Below are positions 1 through 12,700 of a DNA stretch of 64,000 bases, in pieces. Location of the stretch: assembly GCA_964016885.1 (NCBI GenBank), contig OZ024740.1:291834001-291898000 (forward strand). The letters are read 5' to 3'. The notes below the pieces were generated by a model. That model made no database searches. It was not told where the DNA came from and was given only the letters and a program-made list of their open reading frames with translations. The translations under genes and the position numbers were made by a program. Each line of letters opens with the position of its first letter. Position 1 is the stretch's first letter. The DNA comes from Eledone cirrhosa. Taxonomy: Eukaryota.

Positions 1-102
1 CCATATCTAGAATATAAGTATATATACATTAGTGTAAAATAAGACCATATCTAGAATATATGTATATATACATTAGTGTAAAATAAGACCATAGCTAGAA
101 TA
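1..102. repeat. 44-bp tandem repeat (about 2.3 copies visible, cut by window edge)
   Basis: CCATATCTAGAATATA.GTATATATACATTAGTGTAAAATAAGA repeated. Confidence 0.8.
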
Positions 103-588
103 CTATTAATAATGTAAATTATTGATAACGTAACTATCAGAAAAAATGTCAATAATGACAGGGCTTTAATGTTAGTAATATGCAACAACATGCCAAATAC
201 TAGAATTAATGACAAACATGTAAAGATTTCAGTGAAAGACTCTGAAAAGAAAGATGTAATGATGTTACAAACATTAAATTTTCGTTTCTCAAATATAAAA
301 ATTATAATGACAGTATGAGAAATAATGGTAAGAAAAATTAAAAGTTACATTAATAAATTATTAGATTAATAAAAGACTTAGTTGAAGTACAACTAAAAGA
401 GTTGCAGTGTTTGCTATAGAAGTAATCAATTTATGAAAGGTTGTTTTGGTGAAAGATGCTGTTTTCAAGGACTTTTCTCTTAAATTAAGTAAGAACTTCT
501 GAAAACATAACTAAACACATAACCTAATTAGAAGGAAAAAAAGAAGAAACATTTAGTTTGTTAAATATATGTGACTTGGTTTACTTAC

Positions 589-701
589 ACGTGAATTGTT
601 CAATTTATCCTTCAACAAAGGTGGATCATTCCATGGTGTGTGAGGTTTCATTTCTTGGAAAGAAGGAATATCGCCCATAGGACCAGATTGTTGAGGAGCC
701 A
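589..701 (-). CDS. SEC31A: Sec31 coding exon 23 (contains PWNDPP, the Sec23/Sar1-stimulating fragment motif)
   Basis: 113 nt, phase 1-0, donor GTAAGT. Confidence 0.9.
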
Positions 702-3700
702 CTAGAAACAGTAATATCCAAAAAACATTATGTTGAAGACTGCTGATACACAGACAACATATAATACATTTAATTTCTGTAATATTATCTACATAAATAG
801 TTTTAACAAGTAAATCTTATAATCTATAAAAGGTCTTGTTCAAATGTTATTTCAGAGTCTTTATACAAATGATGACAATGAACATTTAGAAGTTTCTGAG
901 CATATTTATGTCAAACTGATATAATGATTAGCTTCTAGGTACATTTGTCTTGATGTGAAAACAGATTCTGAGTGTATGTATCAATAAGTAGGTTAAAACA
1001 GTTTAAAGCCTTCAGATAAATCTTGATTCTACAAAGAAATTTTAACTTGTTTCTATATACATCTGATGTGTTTCTTTCCCACCCATATTGTTCTGCATGT
1101 TAATGTCTATTATAAATATTATACTGATGACCAGACCAGATTTACCTTACTGTTAACTTGATGGATATATTGTTAAAATTGTGAGAAATTGCTTCAAAGA
1201 CATTTCCTCTACAACCTCAGTAAGTGGAATAATTCCACAAAAGCTTCTTCATTGATTTCTAATTTTAAGTAAGTTAATATGATGTTGGCTCTACGCATGA
1301 TGACACCCGAGATCACTGACCTAGGATGACCCCAGTCCTGTCGAGCAAGAGCAAAGAAGAAGTAATTAATATGACATCTCCAAGAAAACGTTACATCTTA
1401 TGCTAAGTGTTAAAACAATGGTGTAGGAGTGAAGAATTTAGAACCAAAACTATTACACCTCTATTATAATTAATTTGATTTTTAACAAAATATAATCATT
1501 AACACCAACATACTTTAAAAACTATTAACATTCAACAGTTGTATGTTATTAGATATAATAAAATATTTTACCTGGTGCTGAAATTGGATTGTATAGATTG
1601 GGTGGCTGTGGCTGTATTTGTGGTTGAGAATGGTAATTATTTGAAGTTTGATAAGAATTTGGACTAAAACATAAAAGAAAAGAAATGATTAGCTTTCAAA
1701 TAAACGAAAATGTTAATTACCAACAAAAAAAAAAAAGTGGCTATTTCAGAGAATCACTCTAGGTAGAGCTGCTCCAGGTAAAATCACTTCAGGTAGAGCT
1801 ACTCCAGGTAGACTCCCTCCAGGTAGACTTGCTCCAGGCAGAGCCGCTCCAGGTAGACTTGCTCCAGGCAGAGCCGCTCCAGGTAGACTCGCTCCAGGCA
1901 GAGCCTCTCCAGGTAGACTCGCTCCAGGCAGAGCCTCTCCAGGTAGACTCACTTCAGGCAGAGCCACTCCATGTAGACTCGCTCCATGTAGACTCGCTCC
2001 ATGTAGACTCGCTCCAAGTAGAGCCACTCCAAGTAGAGCCACTCCAGGTAGAGCCACTCCAGGTAGAATCACTCTAGGTAGAATCACTCTAGGTAGAATC
2101 ACTCTAGGTAGAATCACTCCAGGTAGAATCACTCCAGGTAGAATCACTCCAGGTAGAATCACTCTAGGTAGAATCACTCCAGGTAGAATCACTCCAAGTA
2201 GAGCCACTCCAAGTAGAGCCACTCCAAGTAGAGCCACTCCAGGTAGAATCACTCTAGGTAGAATCACTCTAGGTAGAATCACTCCAAGTAGAATCACTCC
2301 AGGTAGAATCACTCTAGGTAGAATCACTCTAGGTAGAATCACTCTAGGTAGAATCACTCCAGGTAGAATCACTCTAGGTAGAATCACTCTAGGTAGAATC
2401 ACTCTAGGTAGAATCACTCCAGGTAGAATCACTCTAGGTAGAATCACTCCAAGTAGAGCCACTCCAAGTAGAGCCACTCCAGGTAGAATCACTCCAGGTA
2501 GAATCACTCTAGGTAGAATCACTCCAAGTAGAGCCACTCCAGGTAGAATCACTCTAGGTAGAATCACTCCAAGTAGAGCCACTCCAGGTAGAATCACTCT
2601 AGGTAGAATCACTCTAGGTAGAATCACTCCAAGTAGAGCCACTCCAGGTAGAATCACTCTAGGTAGAATCACTCTAGGTAGAATCACTCCAAGTAGAGCC
2701 ACTCCAGGTAGAATCACTCTAGGTAGAATCACTCTAGGTAGAATCACTCTAGGTAGAATCACTCTAGGTAGAATCACTCTAGGTAGAATCACTCCAGGTA
2801 GAATCACTCTAGGTAGAATCACTCCAGATAGAGCTGCTACAGCTCCAATACTATGGGCATGTGGTTAGACTGTCTCAGGAAACAATTGCTGGAGAGATTT
2901 TATGAGCGAAACCAACCAGCAGGAGACCCAGGGGTTGACCCCAAGCAAGATGGATAACATCCATGAGCTTGGTTGGTCTCGCTTGGAGATCTAGTTGGAT
3001 CAGTTGGAAGGAGTGTTTGAGGATTCTGCTCTCCCACAACCCTTCCAGGAATAACTGGGCAAAGAAGAAGAGAAAAGTAACAGTGATTTCTAGAATATTG
3101 CTATAATACAAGGAATAAAATCCATTCACAAGAGATAATACAAGTGTTTTAAGGCCATTTTCCTTGCTAAAGCAAGGGCACGTCTAGTGAACCACATGAC
3201 AAGCTTTTCTATTTTGCCTTATCATCTGCATCATCCTCACCAACACCCGGACATGTGATTAGAATGTCTAAGGAAAGAATCATTGGACAGATTTTTATGG
3301 GCAAAACCAACTGGCAGGAGACCCAGGGGTAAACACCAAGCAAGATAGTTGGATAACATCCATGAGCTTGATTAGTCTTGCTTGAAAGGGGATCAAGCTG
3401 TATCAATTGGAGACATTTGCTTCTGACAGGACCGGCTCGAAGACAATTTGAGGACTCTGCCCCCACGACCCTCCCAGTGGGAGAAGAAATAAAATATTTT
3501 TATGCACAAACCTAGGATAATTTTGTTGTTGGTATGAAGTATGATTAGAATAATCTGGACCTAAGGCAGGGGGTTGGTTGTAGTTTTCCATTCCATAACC
3601 AGTATTTGTAGAACTGGGTGGGGTACCATATTTTTGTGCTAAAGGACCTGAAAAATGAAATAGTGATAAGTCAAATACTTTCTTTTATGGTATTATTTAA

Positions 3701-6700
3701 GAAATCTTCTTAGCCATTATCCCAGAATATAGAGAAAACTGAAATATACTTAACATTAGCAGAAATGAGAAAAGAACCATAGACACAGAGCTATTCCCAA
3801 CTCTTGCTCAACATCTACATGTCCAATCTGCAACTGAAGCTGTACATCAGGTATTATATTAGTATTTTAAAGATCCACAAATAAAGGAAAAATTGGTTGC
3901 CATCATAATACTTGCAAGACAATCATATGCAGATGGATAGACAAACAGTCAGTCAGACAAATGGATAGATGTGAAAGTCCCAAATGCAGAAAATAACTGT
4001 ATTAACAGTTAATCCCTATAGATAACAGTTGAGAAAATTACTCTAAGTGATGGAAAAATGTGGAGCCTGTCTCTAACGGTAATTTATTCAATTTTCTCAA
4101 TTACAATCTATAGTGATCAACTGTTATTAGTTATTTTCTGTATTTTAGATGCTCACATTTTCAAATTCCAAACACACTCAATGCTTTCATAATTCATAAG
4201 ATTTGTTCGAATCGATAAATATATAAATAAACTTTATCCATATATATATATTTTCAGTCCAAGATTTTATTGCAAAATTATACATCTGAAACCAAAATAA
4301 TTGTCATTACATAAAGTCATAGGAATAAAAAAAAAACAGAGAAAAAGACTTACCTTTGGACAATGGGGCACCAGTTGATGGAGCCATCACAGAACTCATA
4401 TGTGTTGGATAAGCTTGAATCTGTGGAGCAGCAGCTGAACCATTCGTAGTTGGATATTGATTTTGACCAAAATATGAACTAGGGGTGGTTGTAGTTCGAA
4501 ACTGGCTAATTGCTTGAACCTAAAATAAATTCAAAAAATTCAACATTACTAACTGATATTATCAAATATATTGTTTTCTGGGATTTTGCTTTAACTTTGA
4601 GTATTCTTTTTTAATATCTTAGTGAAAGGAGAAAGAGCAGCAGACATGACCCTTTTCAAAATCTCTATGACAGGTGGTGATGAAGGAGAAAGGAAGTTAT
4701 TCTCAGACAAGAGAGACACCTGGCTCGAATGCTTACAATTGAAATCCTCTAAGGGAGTGAATTAGCAGAATCATTACAACACTGGACAGAATGCCTGAAA
4801 TATTTAGTTACAGCCCTTTATATACTGACTTCAAATCCCACCAAGGCCAACTTTAACTTTCACCCTCTAAATTAATAATTGCTTCTACTTTTGGCACAAG
4901 GCCTGCAATTATCCCAGTGTATTACTGGTACTTTATTTTATCGACCCCGTAAGGAAGAAAGGCAAAGTTAACATCGGCGGGATTTGAAATCAGACCATAA
5001 AGGGCCGTAACTCTTTTGCTGTAAAGCATGGAGTCCGACCCTCTACCGATACTGCCAATTAGGTAGGAGAGATAACGTAGTGCTTATGACCTTTGTAGAC
5101 CCTTCAAGAATAGAGAGATTGGTGTGTGGCTTATGCCCAGCCTGAAAACACGAACAAAGAAAAAATTGAAGGAGGTGAAGGATAGTTGAGGATGACATAT
5201 CCACATGTTTGCAATAAAATGTAGGAATCCAAGATCAGGTAGCAGTGTTAAATCAGGTGATATTACCTCGTTTTCAGGCTAACAGTTACTTATGCTCATG
5301 TTTTATTACAATATATAACAGTAACACATAAATCCAATAAGTTTCTTTAGAACTAACAAATTTCAAATCTCTTCAAACAGCTTTCAGTTAGTATATATAC
5401 TTTCTATTTCTATATTCATCATTATCATCATCAGATTTTCAATTAGAATTGCATATATAATCTTTTGTATCAATTCAAGACAGTCACTAGAAAATATCTT
5501 AGTGTCCCTAATATAAAGATTGTATTATTTCTACAATATTGAATTTCATGCTAGCCCCTCTTACATAGAAAGACGGTAGCAAAATTTGTTATATTATATC
5601 CTTCTTTAACAGGAATGGAACATTCCAGTTGTTCGATAAACAGAACTGCCTGCTCATGAAATAACATAAGAGGCTGAGCATTCCACAGACATGTATAGCC
5701 TATACTTAATTCTCAGTGTGAGACAGTGTGTGACAAAGCTGGCCTTTTGAATTATAGGTACAAGTACACTCTAAACTTAATTCTCAGGAAGATTCAGCAT
5801 GACAGTGTGTGACAAAGCTGGCCTTTTGAATTACAGATACATGTACCCTCTAAACTTAATTCCCAGGGAGATTCAGTGTGACAAAGCTGGCTTTTGAATT
5901 ACAGGTATAGTACAGACAATCTGTAATAAGCCCTCTTCAACACCTGCTATCAAAAACACGAGTTCTCCTCTCTTCAGAGTGGTGCATCCTTGCGAGGTGA
6001 AGAGAATGCTTTGTTGATCTCCTAAACTCAATCATATCAGCATCTTCAGATGTATACGAGGTGCATCTGGGAGCAGCAACTAATCTCTCAGAGGCTGAGG
6101 TCACAAGAGCAGTTAAAGAGCTCAAATGTGGCAAGGCCGCTGGGGAAGATGAAATCTGGCCCAAGATGTTAAAAGGCTTAAATAGAGACTCATGTGTGCC
6201 GGGTGGCCTGGATCTCTGAAAAGGCACCTAAGCAATGGCAATCAGGAGTGATAATCCCAATTTTCAAAAAGGGAAACAAGAGAGATTGTTCCAATTACAG
6301 AAGGATCTCCTTGTTAAGCCTGCCTGGTAAAGTCTATGCTAAGTGTCTGGCAAAGAGATGCAAGGAGATTGTTGAGTCCAAGCTAGCTAATAAACAGTGT
6401 GGTTTGCGCCCCAGACGCAGCACAGCTGACCAAATATTCACACTGTAGCAGGTCTTCGAGAAATTGTGGGAGTGTTGCCAAGAGGTATTTTCTTGTTTTG
6501 TAGAACTTGAAAAGGCATATGACTGCATTCCTTGGGACCTGCTGCAGAATGTTCTGCAAGAGTATAGGATCGATGGTCAGCTTCTTGCTGATGTCTCTAT
6601 ATGAATGCTCGAGTATTTGTGCTCAGATAAATGGTGCTAAATCAAAACTATTCAATGTGGGAGTCGGACTCCGCCAATGGTACATACTGTCACCTCTCAT

Positions 6701-9700
6701 GTTCATTATTTACATGAACAAGATTGACATATGCAGCTGGGTTGGAAGTAGTATCATGACTGGCGGGTGTAAAATCAATCTGCTGGAATTTGCAGACAGA
6801 AGTTGATCTCCGACCTGTACACGATAGGTTTGATGCGGACTGCTGTATGGCTGGAATGAAAATCAGTGTTGCAAAAACCAAGACACGCGTCCTTTCAAGG
6901 AAGTCTGCACAGTGCACTCTCTATGTGAATGGAGTTCCACTGAAGCAGGTGGAGAAGTTCAAGTATCTTGGGGCTGTATTCACGAGTGATGGAGGGCAGG
7001 AGGCTGAATTAAGTGCAAGCATTGTAGAAGCTGGTGCAGTAATGCACCACCTTCAGCGTTCAGTAATCAAAATGGAGGTAGGTATAAAAGCCAAACTCGC
7101 TATCTTCAATTCGGTATTCTTGTCAACCCTTACATATGGTCATAAATATTGGGTAACGACCTAAAGAATTCGATCATGAATACAAGTGGCCAAAATGTAG
7201 TTCCTCCAAAGAGTCTTTGGAGTAATGTTACTCAACAGAATGCATAGCTTGGAGGTTAGAGAGTCACTCCAGGTAGAGCCACTACTCCAAATTGAGAGAT
7301 CACAGCTCCAATACTATGGGCATGTGGTTAGAATGTCTCAGGAAAGAATTACTGAACAGATTTTACAAGCAAAATCAACCAGCAGGAAGCCCAAGTAAGA
7401 TGGTTGGATAACATCCATGAGCTTGGCTGGTCTCGCTTGGGGATCCAACCAGATCAATTGGAGAGGTGTCTTCTACTATAGCTGAGAGCCAACCAGTGTC
7501 TTGTGAGTGAATTTGATAGATAAAAACTGCAAAGATATGTATGAGTATGAAAGGAGCATGCATGTGTGTCAGCTCCTGCAAGCATCTTCATATTGATACT
7601 TTTAAAAAGCAAGTGTTAACATTTGTTTATGTCCTGCAATTGTAGTAGTTCCATAAACAGGAGCAGTATTTACCATACTTACAATAATGTATGGTTTGGC
7701 CCCTAGAAGTGCTTCTGCCTCAAAACGTCTCCATAATGATGATGAATGATGATGACTTAAATTTAAGAGATAAAAAGATGCAAAACCTCATTAGATTTGA
7801 CCTGTTGTGAACTCAATCCAAGTCTTTGTTCTTCCTGCTGTTTCTGGAAAGATTGATTCGGTTGCAAATTTGGCTGATATAAATTCTGAGGAACTTGTCC
7901 ATAAACCTGTTGAGGTTGTGATACTTGATAAGGCTTTTGTTGATGTTGTCGTTGTTGTTGCTGTTGCTGCTGCTGCTGTTGTGGTTGCTGTGGCTGTTGT
8001 GGTTGTTGTTGTTGGTTCCTTTGGGCTCCCTCTGGAAGGATTTCTACCTTTTGAAATGGAAAAGGTGGTTGTTGCACACCAACCACATTCCCATTGAGAG
8101 CATGAAACAAACGGTCCTTCATAGAATCTAGGGCAGGCTAGTAATAGAAAAAGAAAAAAACATTACAAGAATAATAAATTACACACAAAACCTAAAATTC
8201 TATTTATAATTTATAACATTCAGACAAAAAAACAATACTATAAATCAACATTTTATTTTTTAAAAGAAGATATTGTTAATCAAAAATTGTTTGAATGTTT
8301 AATTACCCCTGGGAATGAGTTCATGTAATTAAAGGCAATATTCAAATTTCCTTGTGCAGCAAGAATTGAGGCATATTTGCTAAGTTTCTCAGCAACCAAT
8401 CCTTCTTTTATAGGTAATTCTTGCCCTTGAGAAAATTCAACAGCTTTGCGTAATAACATGACTTTTTCAACCAAGTCCTAAAATGAAATAAAATATCAAT
8501 TAATTCCAATAAATTCAATTTCATGCAATTATTATAGAATTGGTTCGATCAATTACAAATGAATAATCTGAAAAAGAAAATATAATTATATATAGAGAAT
8601 ATATATAATTATGTTTATACTAAACAAACTGAGATAATGTAGGGTGGAGATGGCCCTTTAGTTTTGCTGAAGACAACAATCTCTTTAGTGCTAGTGCCAT
8701 GATAAAAATCACCTAGTACAATTTGTAAAGTGGCTGCTATTAGGAAGAGTAACTATGCCAAAAATGGAGCATAAGAGTGATATATGGTTCTCCGACATGT
8801 TTAGTTACAACACATCCAGCCCATTAACAACATGGACTGCAGACATAAGATGATGATGATGATGATTTATACTTCTAAGTTATTGATTAAATTAATACAT
8901 GTAGTGTGTTTACCTAAACAACCAAAAAATATTAATACAATTGATTTCTGAAAAAAGTGTCATTACAAAATGCTATCTTTAGTTTTAAACAGAATGAATA
9001 GTTAATATTGGTGGATCGGCATAATTGAAAAATTTCATTTTTTCACTGCAATTTCCAACATGTTAAAAAAGATTTAACCCTTTCATAACTACATTTCTAA
9101 TGAAATACACTGTTTCAATTAGTTAATGAAGAATTTTGAGGGATCTGCTAAAATTATCAATTATTTCATTACTAAGATAGCAACTTAATGTAGGGTTCTT
9201 ATAAAGATTTTAATTTAAAATGGGCGGTTTTATTTCATAGAACCAGCACCAATTTTGGCAGGATTGGTAACTAAAGGGTTAATACAAAATCCACAATCTA
9301 CTATACAGACCTGAAGAGATGATGGTTCATTTGCATTTTGGGAATTTAGCTGCCAATTTTCAACGAGTTTTTCAACATTTCCTGAACAAATGTAACACAA
9401 ACTAGCATACAGTGAAGATTCTTTCTCAGCTTCAAGACGGGTTCCCAAGGAATCTAAAGTGAAAAAATAAATTAGCAATAGATAGTAATTTAAGATTATT
9501 TCATGAGTAAATAACAATATTATTAATAGTCAGTTCATTTGCAAGCAAACAGCCTCATAACACGAAGTGTGTTTTCTAGATGACTGTGACAACATCCTTT
9601 TGCTCCAGCAGTAGCTGAGTAAAAACAGTTTCGGAGTTATTGCCCCTTATCAAGGCTATATATACTTTCATCACTGCTACCCACTGGAGCTGCTGAGAAT

Positions 9701-12700
9701 ACATAGTATTTTCAAAGATATACATCAGCTGATTAGCCTAATTTGTATACTGAGTGATTTTACAGCCCGTTTCGTCAAAAATTAAAAACAAAATTTGTTT
9801 TCGCTCTAACATGGTGAATACCTAAATGTATTCGTGAGTGAATAATAATGACACTATTAATATTCGGTTCACCTGTAAACAAACAGCCTCATAACACCAT
9901 GTGTGTTTTCTAGATAACTGACATCATCCTTTCGCTCCAGTGAAAGAAACTCCTGCATCAATCCCTAGCATATACACCAGATGAACACCTCTGCTGAGCC
10001 TCAAACTATCCTAATATCAGCAGCAGAGATACCAGAGTGACATATACATTGTCCCTGTAGCCAGATCATATACCAAAAACACGATATGCAGACGGCAAAC
10101 TATCCACTCTGTTGGTGTAGACAATGCAACTTAATCAGTTGCCATGTTATGACAGTAGTGGGTAAAGAATATGTTCTTAAAATGCCACTTCACCAACTTC
10201 TCTTTAAATTTCACTTATTTTTTTAATTGCATGTGAAACGGTCTTATTTATGGCCACAAAACCATTTGATAATGCAAAAATAAGTTAGACTTAATAGAAG
10301 TGATGACAGCTCTTTTCTTTAATTTGTATCCAAACTTGCACACATACAAACACAGACAGACACATATGTATGGAGAAGACACTTGCCCAAGGTACCACAC
10401 AGTGGGCTCAAATCTGAAACCACATGGTTGTGAAGCAAAATTCCTAACCATAGGCATGGCTGCTGCACCTATAACCACACAACCATGCCAAATTTCATGT
10501 AAAAACAAATGAGTAATAAAAAAGTAAATGTTATAAAAATTGTGTCTACTAACCACAGAGAAAAGAAAATTCTTCTGGAGAAGTATATGTTATGAGTACA
10601 GCCAAAGCTTCTTTCCAATTTTCTAGGTTACAAGTTTGAATAACATGATTCCAGTCATGTGTCACTATTGAGGAAATTAACTGAAACAGAAAATGGATTT
10701 ATGATTAGCACATTTCATAAACTGGATAAAACAACATTAAAAAATATATTGTTTACACAGTGAAATAATAAATCGATGTTTAGACTTTTCTATTTTAATG
10801 TTAATTCTGTGTTAGACCTTGGCCAGTTTCAACAATGAGAGTTCCAGTTATTTGAACAACAAAACAGCCAACTTGTGTAATTAATGTGCAAGTGGCTGAG
10901 CATTCCAGATACGTGTACCCTTAACACAGTTCTACAAGATACTTAGCATGACACAATGTGTCACAAGGCTGGTCCTTTGTATTACAAGTACAACTCATTT
11001 TTGCTAGCTGATTGACAGGCTGATTGACCCACATCCTTCTTACAAAATTCGTTTCCACACTGTACCGAGCAAGGATGTCATGTCTTTGACACAGCTGAAG
11101 AATCCTTCTGACTCTTTGTTGAGTAAGTTTTCTGATGCGCTTCCTATCTCACACACACACGCACACACACACACACACACACAATGGATTTCTATCAAAT
11201 TTCACTTAAATCTTTGGTTAAGTTAAGGCTATGGTAAAAGATACTAGCTCAAGCTAGCAGGATAGAACCTAAAATTATATGGTTGCAAAGCAAACTTCTT
11301 AACCACATAGCCATGCCCATTTTTGTAGAGAACTTGTCTTTATTGTTATCATCATCATTCAACATCCATTTTCCCCAGCTAGCAAGGGGTGGACAGGTCA
11401 TCAGAGACTAAGTCAGTATTTAATAAGAACAACTGACCTCTCAGATGTGTCAGGGACTGCATCTTGTGTACATATGTTCCCTTACTCTACAGAAGGCACC
11501 AGCACTAGAGAGGTTGTACTGTCTTTAACACAACTAAAAAGTTCTCATGTCCCTTTGTTTGGCAAATTTTCTATAATTGGATGTCCTTCCTATTATCAAC
11601 TATTCTGAATAAAGAAGGTGGCTTACTCGGCTCAAAGAACTGTGATTACTGCTGAAATATTTATTCTGTGTACGTCTAAGTAAATCAGGACCTCCTGCTA
11701 TGGCAAGTAAAATAGCTTCAGCCATTTGATTTTCATGGAGGCACATCTCAACTGCAGCTTCAAAATTACCCATCAATAACGCTTGACTAAGCAAACCATT
11801 GGCATCTGAAAAAAAGAAAATATTTACCACTTTATTTATTTATTACTTCATAAATTGTAAATATATCTCATCCAAAAAGTCGTTTTGTGGTATAAACCAG
11901 TAAGCTGGAGTGTTGTATTTCATAGATGTTAATTAACAAATGGAAAGAAGAAAGCCAATCAGATTGTCACATCTTGCTCATACGTTCCATTTTGGGCTTG
12001 GTTTTCAATAGCTGGATGCCCTTCCTGATGCCAACTACTTTACAGAGTGTACTGGAAGCATTTTTAGTGGTAGCAACACTACTTACTACCTTACAAGGTG
12101 GGCTGAGTGTTTTTATTATATCACCAGCACTACCACTTTACAGAGTGGGCTGGGTGTGTTTCACTATGGCATCAACACAATAGCAGCTTAAATAAGGCTG
12201 TTGGCAAACTACATACAAATATCTTGGCCATTGAGTTTATTGGTGTCAAAGTTGAAAAGAATACAAAAACTGAAATAGTGGTGGAGGTGTTTGGTAATGT
12301 GGAAATAGTGGTGGAGGTGTTTGGTAATGTGGAAATAGTGGTGGAGGTGTTTGGTAATGTGGAAATAGTGGTGGAGGTGTTTGGTAATGTGGAAATAGTG
12401 GTGGAGGTGTTTGGTAATGTGGAAATAGTGGTGGAGGTGTTTGGTAATGTGGAAATAGTGGTGGAGGTGTTTGGTAATGTGGAAATAGTGGTGGAGGTGT
12501 TTGGTAATGTGGAAATAGTGGTGGAGGTGTTTGGTAATGTGGAAATAGTGGTGGAGGTGTTTGGTAATGTGGAAATAGTGGTGGAGGTGTTTGGTAATGT
12601 GGAAATAGTGGTGGAGGTGTTTGGTAATGTGGAAATAGTGGTGGAGGTGTTTGGTAATGTGGAAATAGTGGTGGAGGTGTTTGGTAATGTGGAAATAGTG

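Noticed and set aside
1295-1345. Possible C/D snoRNA (ATGATGA...CTGA)
   Set aside because: It is on the strand opposite the host transcript and lacks a terminal D box and stem; not supportable without a covariance-model search.
1746-2822. 358-aa ORF resembling a pentapeptide-repeat protein ([10 protein letters not shown])
   Set aside because: Translation of a 15-bp LINE-derived minisatellite inside a SEC31 intron; no true ATG or exon context.
7807-8131. Poly-Val/Ala and poly-Leu ORFs on the + strand
   Set aside because: Antisense frames of the Gln-rich SEC31 exon.
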